Position numbers and translations under genes: made by a program
Shown: piece by piece, positions 19,117 through 27,736 of the stretch
How the letters are laid out: each line of letters begins with the position of its first letter
How positions within the stretch are numbered: position 1 is the stretch's first letter
The notes under the pieces: generated by a model
Seen by the model: only the letters and a program-made list of their open reading frames with translations
What the model was told of the DNA's origin: nothing
The model's database searches: none
DNA from: Chloroflexia bacterium
GTDB taxonomy: Bacteria; Chloroflexota; Chloroflexia; QHBQ01; JADMIH01
Reading direction: 5' to 3'
Assembly: GCA_035274425.1 (NCBI GenBank)
Contig: DATEOC010000031.1
Span: 1,995-65,994 of the forward strand
DNA length: 64,000 nt

Positions 19117-20286
19117 ATGAAACGAATTGATCGAACATTCGCATATATTTTAGGGCTAATGGCGCTGGTCGCCCTGGGGGGCGGTGCACATCTGACCTCA
19201 GCGCAGGGTGCGCAGAGCAGGGCGGGACTTGTGGTGCAGTTCGGGGACGGGAGCGTGCGAAGCTACTGCATCGCGTTCGAGAGGGAGAGCATCACCGGCT
19301 TCGACCTGCTGCTCAAGTCGGGCCTGAATGTGACAGCCGAGGGATTCGGCGGCATGGGCGGGCTGGTGTGCAAAATCGAAGCAGAGGGGTGCGATTACCC
19401 GGGTGAGGCGTGCGTGTGCAAGTCGTATGGGCCGAACGGGGTCTACTGGAGCTACCACCACCTGCGTCAAGGGAAGTGGAAGACATCTTCGATGGGAGCG
19501 GGCGGCTACCGAGTCCGCAACGGCGAGGTAGACGGTTGGGCGTGGAGCGCGGGTAAGCCACCCGTTGTGAGAACATTCGACCAGTTGTGTGGGGCTGCGC
19601 AACCGAGGCCGACTAATACGCCCGTACCTCCCACAGCTACACCTCGCCCGCAGCCGTCCAACACGCCTAAGCCACCTACGGCTACAGCCACTCGGCAACC
19701 AGCCAGGCCGACCGGTACAGCTACGGCGCGGGCAGCTACCTCGACCCCTGTAGCGGCACGACCTACGAATACGAAAGAGCCACAGGTGGTCAGGCCATCC
19801 GCAACCAAGCAAGTAATCCGGCAGGTAACACCTACACGGCAGCCACCCCTTGTCATCGCAACCTCGACGCCGAAGAAGGGCATTACATCTACATCTACAT
19901 CGATGTATACACCTACCTCTGTCCCTACAAGACGTCCGACCCAGGTGGCACCAACACCTGTGCCCACAGAGGCCAGCCCAACACGAGTGGATGCGGTCAC
20001 TCCTACAGCGAGCGCGACACAGACGACAATACCACCCACCGGGACAAATACGCCTATACCGACGCCTACAGAAACCGCCATTCAAACCCAAACCAGCACT
20101 CCGGCTGCACCACTCGCCACGAATAGCCCAACCCAAACCCCGACCCCCGACCCTCAACCCCCATCTACAGATACCGCCCGCACTATCAGTATGGTTATCG
20201 GCGCTGCCGTCATTGGCGGACTGCTGGTGTGGGGAGGGGTGACGCTGGCGACGCGGCGAGTTGGTGGGAAGAGCAGGAGAAGCTAG
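19117..20286 (+). CDS. DUF4430-like (transcobalamin/intrinsic-factor beta-domain-like) surface protein: signal peptide, globular domain, long Pro/Thr linker, C-terminal TM anchor
   Basis: GFDLLLKSGLNV ... GGLVCKIEAEG ... YWSYHHLRQGKW ... GYRVRNGEVDGWAW fits the DUF4430 pattern; about 200 aa of P/T-rich linker; terminal TM plus RRVGGKSRRS. The start may be GTG 19102. Confidence 0.65.
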   Translation: MKRIDRTFAYILGLMALVALGGGAHLTSAQGAQSRAGLVVQFGDGSVRSYCIAFERESITGFDLLLKSGLNVTAEGFGGMGGLVCKIEAEGCDYPGEACVCKSYGPNGVYWSYHHLRQGKWKTSSMGAGGYRVRNGEVDGWAWSAGKPPVVRTFDQLCGAAQPRPTNTPVPPTATPRPQPSNTPKPPTATATRQPARPTGTATARAATSTPVAARPTNTKEPQVVRPSATKQVIRQVTPTRQPPLVIATSTPKKGITSTSTSMYTPTSVPTRRPTQVAPTPVPTEASPTRVDAVTPTASATQTTIPPTGTNTPIPTPTETAIQTQTSTPAAPLATNSPTQTPTPDPQPPSTDTARTISMVIGAAVIGGLLVWGGVTLATRRVGGKSRRS

Positions 20287-20287
20287 C

Positions 20288-21358
20288 GTGTGGGATGATG
20301 GCGTGGTGAGGTTCCACGTTGGGGCGTGGCTGCTGTGGCTCATGGCGGCTATGCTCGGCGCGCTCCTGACGCGCAATCCCATCTACCTCGCGCTGGTCAT
20401 AGCTGTGGCCTTGCTGGTAAATGCCCGGTTGAGTGGGAGTGCGGGGGATAATCAGGGAGATACGACGCGACGTGCGACCGCGGGCTTCATAAAGGTGGTG
20501 GTCGTGCTGACGGTGCTGGTTACCATCTTCAAGGGGTTGTGGATGAACAACGGCCAGACTGTGCTGTGGCGGCTCCCCGACTGGTGGCCCGACTTCGGGC
20601 GCGTTGCTACGTTGGAGGGCTTATTAGCCGCGGGGTTGGACGCGATGCAGATACTGGCTGTGCTGGCGACCTTCATGGCATTCAGCGCGGGGGTCGACTA
20701 TTACGCCCTTCTCCGTGCGACGCCACAATCTATGAGGCAAGTGGGGCTGGTGACATCTATTGCGCTCACATTTGTGCCTCAAACGGTAACGCGCTTCGGA
20801 GAGGTGCGTGAGGCGCAGGCCCTGCGCGGCCACAGGATCAGGCGGGTGGGGGACCTGGTGCCGCTGGTAGTGCCGCTCCTGGGTGGCGGCATAGAGCGCT
20901 CGATAGACCTCGCAGAGGCGATGGAGGCGAGGGGATTTAGTAGAGACCTGGCAGGGGGGCGGAGGATGCCGCCCATAGTTGTGCAGCTAGGAATAGCGGC
21001 GGGGCTGGCGCTTGTGCTGGCGGGAGGGACGCTGTTCGCATTCTGGCCCCCGGAGATGCATTGGGCCGATTGGGTGCTGATGTTCGCGGGACTGCTCCTT
21101 ATCGCGGGCACGCTGTGGAGCGTGGGGAGAGGAGCGAAGCGCACCCGCTACAGACATACAGTGTGGCGCGAGCGGGATACGGTGCTAGCAGCGATTTCGC
21201 TCGGTATCGTAGCGATATTAGGCACCTACAAGCTGCTGGAGCCTGCCGTGCTGGGGTACAACCCCTTCCCACGCGTAAGTATGCCCACTTTCGATGTTGT
21301 GCTCGGATTGGCACTGGTAGCACTCATCTCTCCTGTGCTCATTTTGGGGAGAGAATAA
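20288..21358 (+). CDS. ecfT: ECF transporter transmembrane (T) component (CbiQ family)
   Basis: Polytopic membrane protein with ALRGHRIRRVGDLV...AMEARGF signature; GTG start with RBS AGGAGA 8 nt upstream (the ORF tracker's TTG 20261 overlaps the upstream gene). Confidence 0.8.
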   Translation: MWDDGVVRFHVGAWLLWLMAAMLGALLTRNPIYLALVIAVALLVNARLSGSAGDNQGDTTRRATAGFIKVVVVLTVLVTIFKGLWMNNGQTVLWRLPDWWPDFGRVATLEGLLAAGLDAMQILAVLATFMAFSAGVDYYALLRATPQSMRQVGLVTSIALTFVPQTVTRFGEVREAQALRGHRIRRVGDLVPLVVPLLGGGIERSIDLAEAMEARGFSRDLAGGRRMPPIVVQLGIAAGLALVLAGGTLFAFWPPEMHWADWVLMFAGLLLIAGTLWSVGRGAKRTRYRHTVWRERDTVLAAISLGIVAILGTYKLLEPAVLGYNPFPRVSMPTFDVVLGLALVALISPVLILGRE

Positions 21359-21359
21359 A

Positions 21360-21712
21360 GACGGAACCGCAAAGACGCCAAGAGCGCCAAGAAACCGCCA
21401 AGATTTTTAGGGTTATGTTCACCGCAGAGACGCTGAGAACGAGTCTAATAAGAATGTTGAAACAAGAGTACCTATGGATAACGAAGCACCCTTTTGCCTG
21501 TCACTCCGAACGAAGTGAGGAATCTCCAAGCTTGGACGTATGGATAAATTTCTAGATTCTTCGCTTCGCTCAGAATGACAGGCAAACTATTACAGTTCTT
21601 GCACATTTCTGAATGGCGCGAAGAATGATAGGCAGAAGCGGGTTGTTCTTACAAAGCTTCTGGGGTTTCATAGAAAGATCAGGCAATACGCACGCACCAC
21701 GAATTAAGCAAG
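21360..21712. repeat. 350-bp non-coding spacer inside the ECF operon carrying CGCCAAGA and TTCACCGCAGAGACGC modules and an imperfect ~95-bp inverted repeat
   Basis: acgccaagagcgccaagaaaccgccaagattttta (near-identical copy at 52443); gcctgtcactccgaacgaagtgaggaatc / gattcttcgcttcgctcagaatgacaggc. Confidence 0.45.
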
Positions 21713-23443
21713 ATGTCTAAGCCGATCATCTCCATCAACAATGTGACTTACCGCTACCCGGGCGGGGATGGGGCCGCGTTGCGTGATTTCTCGCTTGATG
21801 TTGAAGAGGGGGAGTTTCTGTTGGTGGCCGGGGTGTCGGGGGCGGGGAAGTCTACGTTGCTGAGATTGCTCAATGGGCTTGTGCCGCACTTCTATGGAGG
21901 TGAGGTGGCGGGAAGCGTTATGGTAGCGGGAAAGGACCCTGTGAAGTTGGGGCCTGGAGAGATGAGCGAGGTGGTCGGGCTGGTCTTCCAGGACCCGGAA
22001 GCGCAGATGGTGGCCGAGCGGGTAGAGGACGAGGTAGCGTTCGGCATGGAGAACGCGGGACTGCCTCTTGCCCTGATGCGCAAGCGAGTGGAGGAGAGCC
22101 TGCACGCCCTCAGCATCGAGCATCTGCGCGGGAGGAGGGTGAGCACGTTGTCTGGTGGAGAGAGGCAGCGCGTGGCTATCGCGTCGGTGCTGACGATGCA
22201 GCCTCGGGTGCTCGTGTTGGATGAGCCTACGTCACAGCTGGACCCACAATCAGCTGAGGAGGTGCTCGACAGCGTCGTGAGGCTGAACAAAGACCTGGGT
22301 CTGACGGTAATCATGTCGGAGCACCGGCTGGAGCGCGTTGTGCAGCACGTTGATCGCATCCTATACATGGCCCCCGGCGGCGAGACGGTGTTGGGAGAAC
22401 CCCGCGAGGTGCTATCGCAGATACCAATTGCCCCACCTCTAGTGCAGGTAGGTAAATTGCTAGGCTGGAGTCCCCTGCCGCTTAGCATCAAGGAGGCGAG
22501 AAGGTTTCTAGTAGGGGTCGGGGATCGGGGGTCGGTAATTACGAATTACGAATTACGAATTACGAATTGCGGGTTGCCGGAAGGTGAACAGGGCATGATA
22601 AATCATGCCCCTACAGAACGCTCTACCGACCCCCGGCCCCTGGCCCCCGACCCTCAATCCAAAATCGAGAATGTTTGGTTTGGGTATGGCGGGCGGGAGG
22701 TGCTACGCGATTTCAGCATGGAACTGCGGGCCGGGGAGATAACGGCGCTTATGGGGCGGAATGGGGTGGGAAAGACTACAATACTCAGGCTCATATTGGG
22801 ACTGTTGAAGCCCGCAAAGGGGAAGGTGGTTACGGAGGGATTGGATACGAGGCATACACCGTTGGAGGAGATGTCCAGGGTGGTAGGGTACGTGCCGCAG
22901 CAGCCTGACGTGTTGCTTTTTGCCGACACGGTAAGTGGAGAAATAGATTTTACGCGGCGGGCGCATAGATTGCCACCGGACGGCGCGGCCTTGCTGGAGA
23001 ACCTGGGGCTGACTCGATACCGCGAGCACGACCCCCGCGACCTGAGCGTGGGGGAGAGGCAGCGGGTGGCGCTGGCGGCGGTGCTGGCGGGGGAGCCTCG
23101 AATGCTCGTGCTGGACGAGCCTACACGTGGCCTTGATTACTTGCAGAAAGAGGCGCTCGCGGAGATACTGCGCGACTTACGCGACAAGGGGCGGACGATA
23201 GTGCTGGCGACCCACGACGTAGAGCTTGCGGCACAGATAGCTGACCGGGTTGTGCTGCTGGGAGATGGAGAGATAATAGCGGATGGTCCAGCCCGCGAGG
23301 TAATGTCAGGTACGCTCGCCTTCTCCACCCAGGTAAGTAAGCTCTTCCGCGATCCGAGGTTTGTGACGGTTGGGGACGTGGACGCTATTCACCGCAGAGA
23401 CGCAGAGAGCGCAGAGGTTTTTGGAGTGACGCATGATGCGTGA
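21713..23443 (+). CDS. Fused tandem ECF ATPase EcfA-EcfA' (two ABC domains in one 576-aa ORF)
   Basis: Walker A GVSGAGKST and GRNGVGKTT; signatures LSGGERQRV and LSVGERQRV. The ~50-aa inter-domain linker is encoded by an in-frame repeat hairpin element (22514-22670), and the second domain keeps its own RBS and ATG (22595). Confidence 0.85.
   Translation: MSKPIISINNVTYRYPGGDGAALRDFSLDVEEGEFLLVAGVSGAGKSTLLRLLNGLVPHFYGGEVAGSVMVAGKDPVKLGPGEMSEVVGLVFQDPEAQMVAERVEDEVAFGMENAGLPLALMRKRVEESLHALSIEHLRGRRVSTLSGGERQRVAIASVLTMQPRVLVLDEPTSQLDPQSAEEVLDSVVRLNKDLGLTVIMSEHRLERVVQHVDRILYMAPGGETVLGEPREVLSQIPIAPPLVQVGKLLGWSPLPLSIKEARRFLVGVGDRGSVITNYELRITNCGLPEGEQGMINHAPTERSTDPRPLAPDPQSKIENVWFGYGGREVLRDFSMELRAGEITALMGRNGVGKTTILRLILGLLKPAKGKVVTEGLDTRHTPLEEMSRVVGYVPQQPDVLLFADTVSGEIDFTRRAHRLPPDGAALLENLGLTRYREHDPRDLSVGERQRVALAAVLAGEPRMLVLDEPTRGLDYLQKEALAEILRDLRDKGRTIVLATHDVELAAQIADRVVLLGDGEIIADGPAREVMSGTLAFSTQVSKLFRDPRFVTVGDVDAIHRRDAESAEVFGVTHDA
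22514..22670. repeat. Repeat hairpin element lying in frame within the ecfA-ecfA' linker
   Basis: ggggtcggggatcgggggtcgg + (aattacg)4-5 + palindrome gggcatgataaatcatgccc + ccgacccccggcccctggcccccgaccc + ccaaaatc. Confidence 0.6.
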
Positions 23444-23565
23444 TGCGTGAGGCTTGAAACGCAAAGACGCAAAGGTGGCAAAGGGCAGGAAGATATTATG
23501 GTTGGATGCTAACAATGGATGTAGCGGTAGTAAATCCGAAATCCGAAATCCGAAATTCGAAATCG
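23388..23565. repeat. Composite module block spanning the ecfAA' C-terminus, spacer and ecfS N-terminus
   Basis: ttcaccgcagagacgcagagagcgcagagg; gtgacgcatgatgcgtgatgcgtgagg; gaaacgcaaagacgcaaaggtggcaaaggg; (aaatccg)3aaattcgaaatcg. Confidence 0.5.
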
Positions 23566-24405
23566 TCCAGGGCGATAAGCGCGGTGATTCTCGCGCTTAC
23601 AACGCTGCTTGGGATATGGGCGTTCGTTTACCCTTTCTTTATACCGCCTACCGCAGCTGGGGAAGCGCAGGCACATGCGTCGGATGCGCCCCTTATCTTT
23701 CTGCTGGTGATGGCGCTGTCGCTCGCGGCTATCGTTGCCGACCTGGAGACTCGGACGATGGACAGCAAGACCGTCGCGCTGCTGGGGGTGCTGGTGGCGA
23801 CTAATTCGCTGCTGAGGCCGTTGCAGGGGCCTGGGGGGTTCTCGGTATTCCTTGTGCTGCCGATGCTGTGCGGGTATGTCTTCGGGGGGCGATTCGGGTT
23901 CCTGATGGGGTCGCTGTCGGTGCTGGTGTCGGCCCTCTTCACGGGCGGGGTCGGGCCGTGGATGCCGTTCCAGATGCTGGCTATTGGGTGGGTGGGGTTG
24001 CTATCGGCAGCATTACCTCAGAAGATTATGTCAAGCATATGGGGAGGGAGAGCTGAGAAATGGGCACTTGCGGGGTGGGGCGTCGTGATGGGGTTGCTGC
24101 TTGGGGCGGTGCTGAACCTATGGTTCTGGCCCTATATCAGCCAGAACGCGGACCTGCCAGCCAGCCAGCTATGGCAGCCGGGGGCGGGGTTGATAGAGGC
24201 TCTGCAACGCTATGGTGCGTTCTATCTGGCAACCTCCCTCCCCTTCGACATCTGGCGTGCTGCCGGAAACGCTCTCTTCCTGTTGGTGCTGGGGCCGCCA
24301 GTGCTGAGGCTGCTCAGGAGGTATAAGCAGCGCTTTTTCTTCGTTGAGCTTGATAGATTTAATCACAAAGAACACAAAGACACGAAGAACACAAAGGATG
24401 ATTAG
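23506..24405 (+). CDS. ECF transporter substrate-specific (S) component candidate, putatively cobalamin-specific (CbrT-like role)
   Basis: Small ~6-TM membrane protein last in the ECF operon. The first 20 and last 15 codons are repeat-encoded, and the true start may be GTG 23583. Confidence 0.55.
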   Translation: MLTMDVAVVNPKSEIRNSKSSRAISAVILALTTLLGIWAFVYPFFIPPTAAGEAQAHASDAPLIFLLVMALSLAAIVADLETRTMDSKTVALLGVLVATNSLLRPLQGPGGFSVFLVLPMLCGYVFGGRFGFLMGSLSVLVSALFTGGVGPWMPFQMLAIGWVGLLSAALPQKIMSSIWGGRAEKWALAGWGVVMGLLLGAVLNLWFWPYISQNADLPASQLWQPGAGLIEALQRYGAFYLATSLPFDIWRAAGNALFLLVLGPPVLRLLRRYKQRFFFVELDRFNHKEHKDTKNTKDD

Positions 24406-24501
24406 GGTTTAATATCCGAGGAGCAATATCTGTATCCCCTATAATAAACCCATAATAATCTTTGTGGCCTTTGTGTCTTTGTGCTCTTTGTGATTAAATC
24501 T
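24355..24501. repeat. Near-perfect 43-bp inverted arms of CACAAAG heptamers around an AT-rich 60-bp loop; the left arm encodes the ecfS C-terminus
   Basis: agatttaatcacaaagaacacaaagacacgaagaacacaaagg ... ctttgtggcctttgtgtctttgtgctctttgtgattaaatct. Confidence 0.7.
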
Positions 24502-24508
24502 CCGCGTT

Positions 24509-25642
24509 TCACTTCGCCAGCAGCCACTTCTCCATAGTGGTGCTGTCCACGACGCCGATGTGCACGTCGCGGATGATGCCCTCTTTGTCTATGAAGAAGG
24601 AGGTGGGGATGGGGAGGACGTGGTAGAGGCTGGTTGTGCGGCTGTCCACGTCTGGAAGGATAGGGAAAGTCATGCCGAACTCCTGGGCGAATGACTTGAT
24701 AGTCCGGTTGTCGCTCTGGGTGGCGATGCCAAGTATCTCGTAGCTCCCCTCTTTGTGGGTGGTTTTGTAGAGCTTCACGATGTCGGGTATCTCGGAGCGG
24801 CAGGGGGGGCACCACGTCGCCCAGAAGTTGATCATTACCGGGCGGCCTCGAAGCGCGCTCAACTGGACCTCGTTGCCATCTATATCTGTAAGGGTGAAGT
24901 CGGGAGCTTCGGAGCCGACGCGAGGGGCGGGACCGGAGCCGGCAGGCTTGAGGCGGTCTATGCGGGCCGACTGCGAGACCCGCGTTTGCCACTCGTTGGT
25001 GATAGCCCGCTTCTCGTCGGCGGTCTTGCCCGATATAGCGACGTTCTGGCTAATGTGCCTGCTTATGAGAAGCGCGTCGCGGAGGGAAGCACGCATGTCA
25101 GCGAGCGTGCAATTATACCTTGACAGCACGACAGAAAACTGCTCGGTGGAGAGTCTGAACTGGGAAGAAAAGGTAGCCAGCGCGTTCTCAATATCTGCCT
25201 CACTGATAACGACCCCGGCCTTCTCAGCGTCCTGCACCTGTACCAGTCTGCTGATGAGATTTTCCAGGGCGAGGGCAGCGGTAGGGGTAGTTACAGTAGC
25301 AGGTTTTCCCAAATCTTTGACGGCACGTTCGAGGTCCATTTCGCGGGTAATGTCGCGCTCGTAGATGTACTCTCCGTTGACGCGTGTCACCGCGTCCGAT
25401 GGGACCAGAGTATTGGGGTTGGAGAGCCATGCCCACAATATTATCGCCCCGAAGAGGAGAGCGGACGCGACTATGACCAGGGTAGTGCGTCTCCGGGCGC
25501 GAGCTTTCGCGGCGGCACGCGCAGGGGAAAGGGTGAGGGCAACACGCGGGGTTTGCCCCCCGTCATGGGCACGACCCCCGCTCGTTATCTCTACCTCGAA
25601 GCCGGGGTTGGGGGGCGCTTTGGTTATGTCGGTTTTGTTCAT
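24509..25642 (-). CDS. Membrane-anchored thiol-disulfide oxidoreductase: TM, SurA-N-like chaperone domain, TlpA/ResA thioredoxin domain
   Basis: INFWATWCPPCRSEIP (CxxC). Start chosen at ATG 25642 (MNKTDITK); the longer tracker ORF overlaps ccdA. ATGA overlap with the ccdA stop. Confidence 0.7.
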   Translation of the reverse strand: MNKTDITKAPPNPGFEVEITSGGRAHDGGQTPRVALTLSPARAAAKARARRRTTLVIVASALLFGAIILWAWLSNPNTLVPSDAVTRVNGEYIYERDITREMDLERAVKDLGKPATVTTPTAALALENLISRLVQVQDAEKAGVVISEADIENALATFSSQFRLSTEQFSVVLSRYNCTLADMRASLRDALLISRHISQNVAISGKTADEKRAITNEWQTRVSQSARIDRLKPAGSGPAPRVGSEAPDFTLTDIDGNEVQLSALRGRPVMINFWATWCPPCRSEIPDIVKLYKTTHKEGSYEILGIATQSDNRTIKSFAQEFGMTFPILPDVDSRTTSLYHVLPIPTSFFIDKEGIIRDVHIGVVDSTTMEKWLLAK

Positions 25643-26451
25643 ATTGGGAGGATAGAGGGACGGCCAACCTCGATATTTATTGGAGGGGTGATGGTGCTCA
25701 AGAAGCCCAGGGCATCGGTGAGGACGAGTATGCCCATGAGTATCAGCACGAGGCCGCTGATCAGTGAAATGATGTTGACCTCCCTGATGACCTGCCAGTT
25801 GCCAATTTTGAGCGAGTAGCCACGCCTGGTTATTCTCTTGAGACCTGACGATATCTGTCCGAGCGCGAGCGCCGCCAGCAGGAAGGGCAATCCGAAGCCG
25901 AGCGAGTAGATAAGGAAGGGTATGAACGCCCCTCCTGGGTCGTCCCGCGCCAGGGTGAATATCAACCCAAGCTGGATGCTCGTGCAGGGGGTCCAACCGA
26001 CGGCGAACCCTACGCCGATGATGAAAGAGCGTAGATAACCGAGGTTCTGAGAGGGGCGCAGGTCGAGGCGCTTGGTGTAGTCGAGGAAGCCTATCCTGAT
26101 AAGGCCAACGGAGTGCATACCGAAGATGATAAGCATGATGCCCATGACCCGGTTTATGAGGTCTCTGTTTTTGAAGAAGAACTCGGTCAGGAAGCTTGCC
26201 AGGCCACCGAAGACCGCGCCGAATATGAAGGTGAAGCCGAGCATGAACATGAGGGCGTGGCCCAGCACTATCCAGCGGGCAGCGGAGGTAGACATAGTGG
26301 CGGTGCCGCCCTGCGCGGATGCGGCCCTGGCCGCCATGACTGCGGGGCCGCTCAGGTAGCCCAGGTAGACGGGCACGAGGGGGAATACGCAGGGGGAGAG
26401 AAAGGAGAGGAGACCTGCCAGGAATGATAGAAAGAGATCTGGTGAGTTCAT
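25639..26451 (-). CDS. ccdA: Cytochrome c-type biogenesis / thiol-disulfide transfer membrane protein CcdA (DsbD family)
   Basis: FLSPCVFPLVPVYLGYLSG motif; 6 TM. Confidence 0.85.
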   Translation of the reverse strand: MNSPDLFLSFLAGLLSFLSPCVFPLVPVYLGYLSGPAVMAARAASAQGGTATMSTSAARWIVLGHALMFMLGFTFIFGAVFGGLASFLTEFFFKNRDLINRVMGIMLIIFGMHSVGLIRIGFLDYTKRLDLRPSQNLGYLRSFIIGVGFAVGWTPCTSIQLGLIFTLARDDPGGAFIPFLIYSLGFGLPFLLAALALGQISSGLKRITRRGYSLKIGNWQVIREVNIISLISGLVLILMGILVLTDALGFLSTITPPINIEVGRPSILPI

Positions 26452-26498
26452 ATATGAATATCCACTCTTGGTCTATTTGAGCTACTAGAAGTTATCGC

Positions 26499-27413
26499 CT
26501 ACTGGCTGGGAGCTGCGGGCATTCGCCTGCTGGCCGCTACCGACTGCCGGTAGGCTATCTGCACCGCTTCCGACTCGGCGACTACGCGGGCCATGCGCGG
26601 GAAGGCGAACCAGGCCACGCCCAGGGCTGCCAGGCCACCCGTGATTATCCGCAGCCACCAGTTGAGCGAGAAAGCTTGCGAGCCGATGTAGAAGGAGCCG
26701 AAGGAGGTGTCCATATCCATCGAGAGCATGTCGCGCAGGCCGAACATGTGGGTCACGCCGTCGAGAAACATCGGCACGAGAAGGAGGACGAACCAGTACC
26801 AGTGCAGAGGCCTGCGCAGCCAACGCAGCCACGACACGTTGCGATCACGGGCGACGGCAAAGAGGATGCCGAAGATGAGCACGCCTGCATAGATGGCGGT
26901 GTTGCGGTAGCAGAAGGCAACCTGGTAGCCGAATATGAAGCCTGCACGCTCCGGCAGCTGGTGGCAGGTAAGCGCGTAAGCCGTGTATATGGGGTTGGCG
27001 AGGTCCCACCAGCCGAGCGCCGCGAAAACAGGCGCGAGCCAGGGCAGACCTACGAAGATGCCCAACGCTATGCAGATGAAACGCAACCAGTGGTGACTTA
27101 TGTAGTCAAGCACACGGTCCAACTTCGTTTCCTGGTAGACGACGACACGTCTAGGCGGAGCGCCCCCGCGCTCAACCATGCCCAGATAGCCGCGTAATTC
27201 TGCCTCGTCTATTGGCGCGAATAGCCATCCGTACTTGCCGTCCCCGGCCACGATGACAGGTATCCTGTCATGATACGCCTTCTCTAGCTCAGGGTCGTCC
27301 AGGATATTGACCTCACGTACGCTGAGATCATACTCCGGGGCGATCCGGTCGAGGAGGGCCAGTACCTCTTCACAGAGATGGCATTCCGGTTTGCTGTAGA
27401 CGGTAATCTGCAT
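26499..27413 (-). CDS. Glutaredoxin-like domain fused to a DUF2085-type polytopic membrane domain
   Basis: N-terminal MQITVYSKPECHLCEEV...DDPELEKAYHDRIPVI (Grx2-like CxxC); membrane part with conserved LTCHQLPERAGF and AFCYRNTAIY Cys motifs. Confidence 0.65.
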   Translation of the reverse strand: MQITVYSKPECHLCEEVLALLDRIAPEYDLSVREVNILDDPELEKAYHDRIPVIVAGDGKYGWLFAPIDEAELRGYLGMVERGGAPPRRVVVYQETKLDRVLDYISHHWLRFICIALGIFVGLPWLAPVFAALGWWDLANPIYTAYALTCHQLPERAGFIFGYQVAFCYRNTAIYAGVLIFGILFAVARDRNVSWLRWLRRPLHWYWFVLLLVPMFLDGVTHMFGLRDMLSMDMDTSFGSFYIGSQAFSLNWWLRIITGGLAALGVAWFAFPRMARVVAESEAVQIAYRQSVAASRRMPAAPSQ

Positions 27414-27510
27414 AGGTATCGAGCGACAAGTCGAATAAGAGCGTAGTAGCTACGCCCATGGGATGGGACCTGCATAATTATACGTAGGGGGGTGATTGGG
27501 TGTCAATGTA

Positions 27511-27658
27511 GACGGGACGACGGACGACGGACGACGGTATAAAGCGTGATGCGTGATGCGTGAATCCTCAATACATCTCTGCGCCTCTGCGTCTCTGCGG
27601 TGAATTCTATCGCCTATCGTCCATCGTCCATCGTCCATCGTCCATCGTCCGTCGTCGG
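27511..27658. repeat. Nested modular hairpin: (GACGACG)n ... GTGATGCGTGA x2 ... rc(TTCACCGCAGAGACGCAGAG) ... (CCATCGT)n
   Basis: gacgggacgacggacgacggacgacgg / ccatcgtccatcgtccatcgtccatcgtccgtcgtcgg. Confidence 0.7.
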
Positions 27659-27736
27659 ATTGTCGGCTCAAGCGCCTCTATGCTACAATGTGGGGTGCCC
27701 GCTAGACGGTGGGTTACAGTGTCGTAACCGTTTCCA

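Noticed and set aside
19198-20382. 394-aa antisense ORF (and many others: 5497..5979, 16775..17542, 17606..18361, 19506..20081, 4344..4766)
   Set aside because: Long open frames opposite or overlapping well-supported genes in high-GC DNA. The products are Arg/Pro/Cys-rich and low-complexity with no motifs, typical GC-driven artefacts.
21713-23443. Considered calling this two separate genes, ecfA1 and ecfA2
   Set aside because: There is no in-frame stop between the two ABC domains in the given sequence, so I report it as a fusion while flagging the internal RBS/ATG at 22595.
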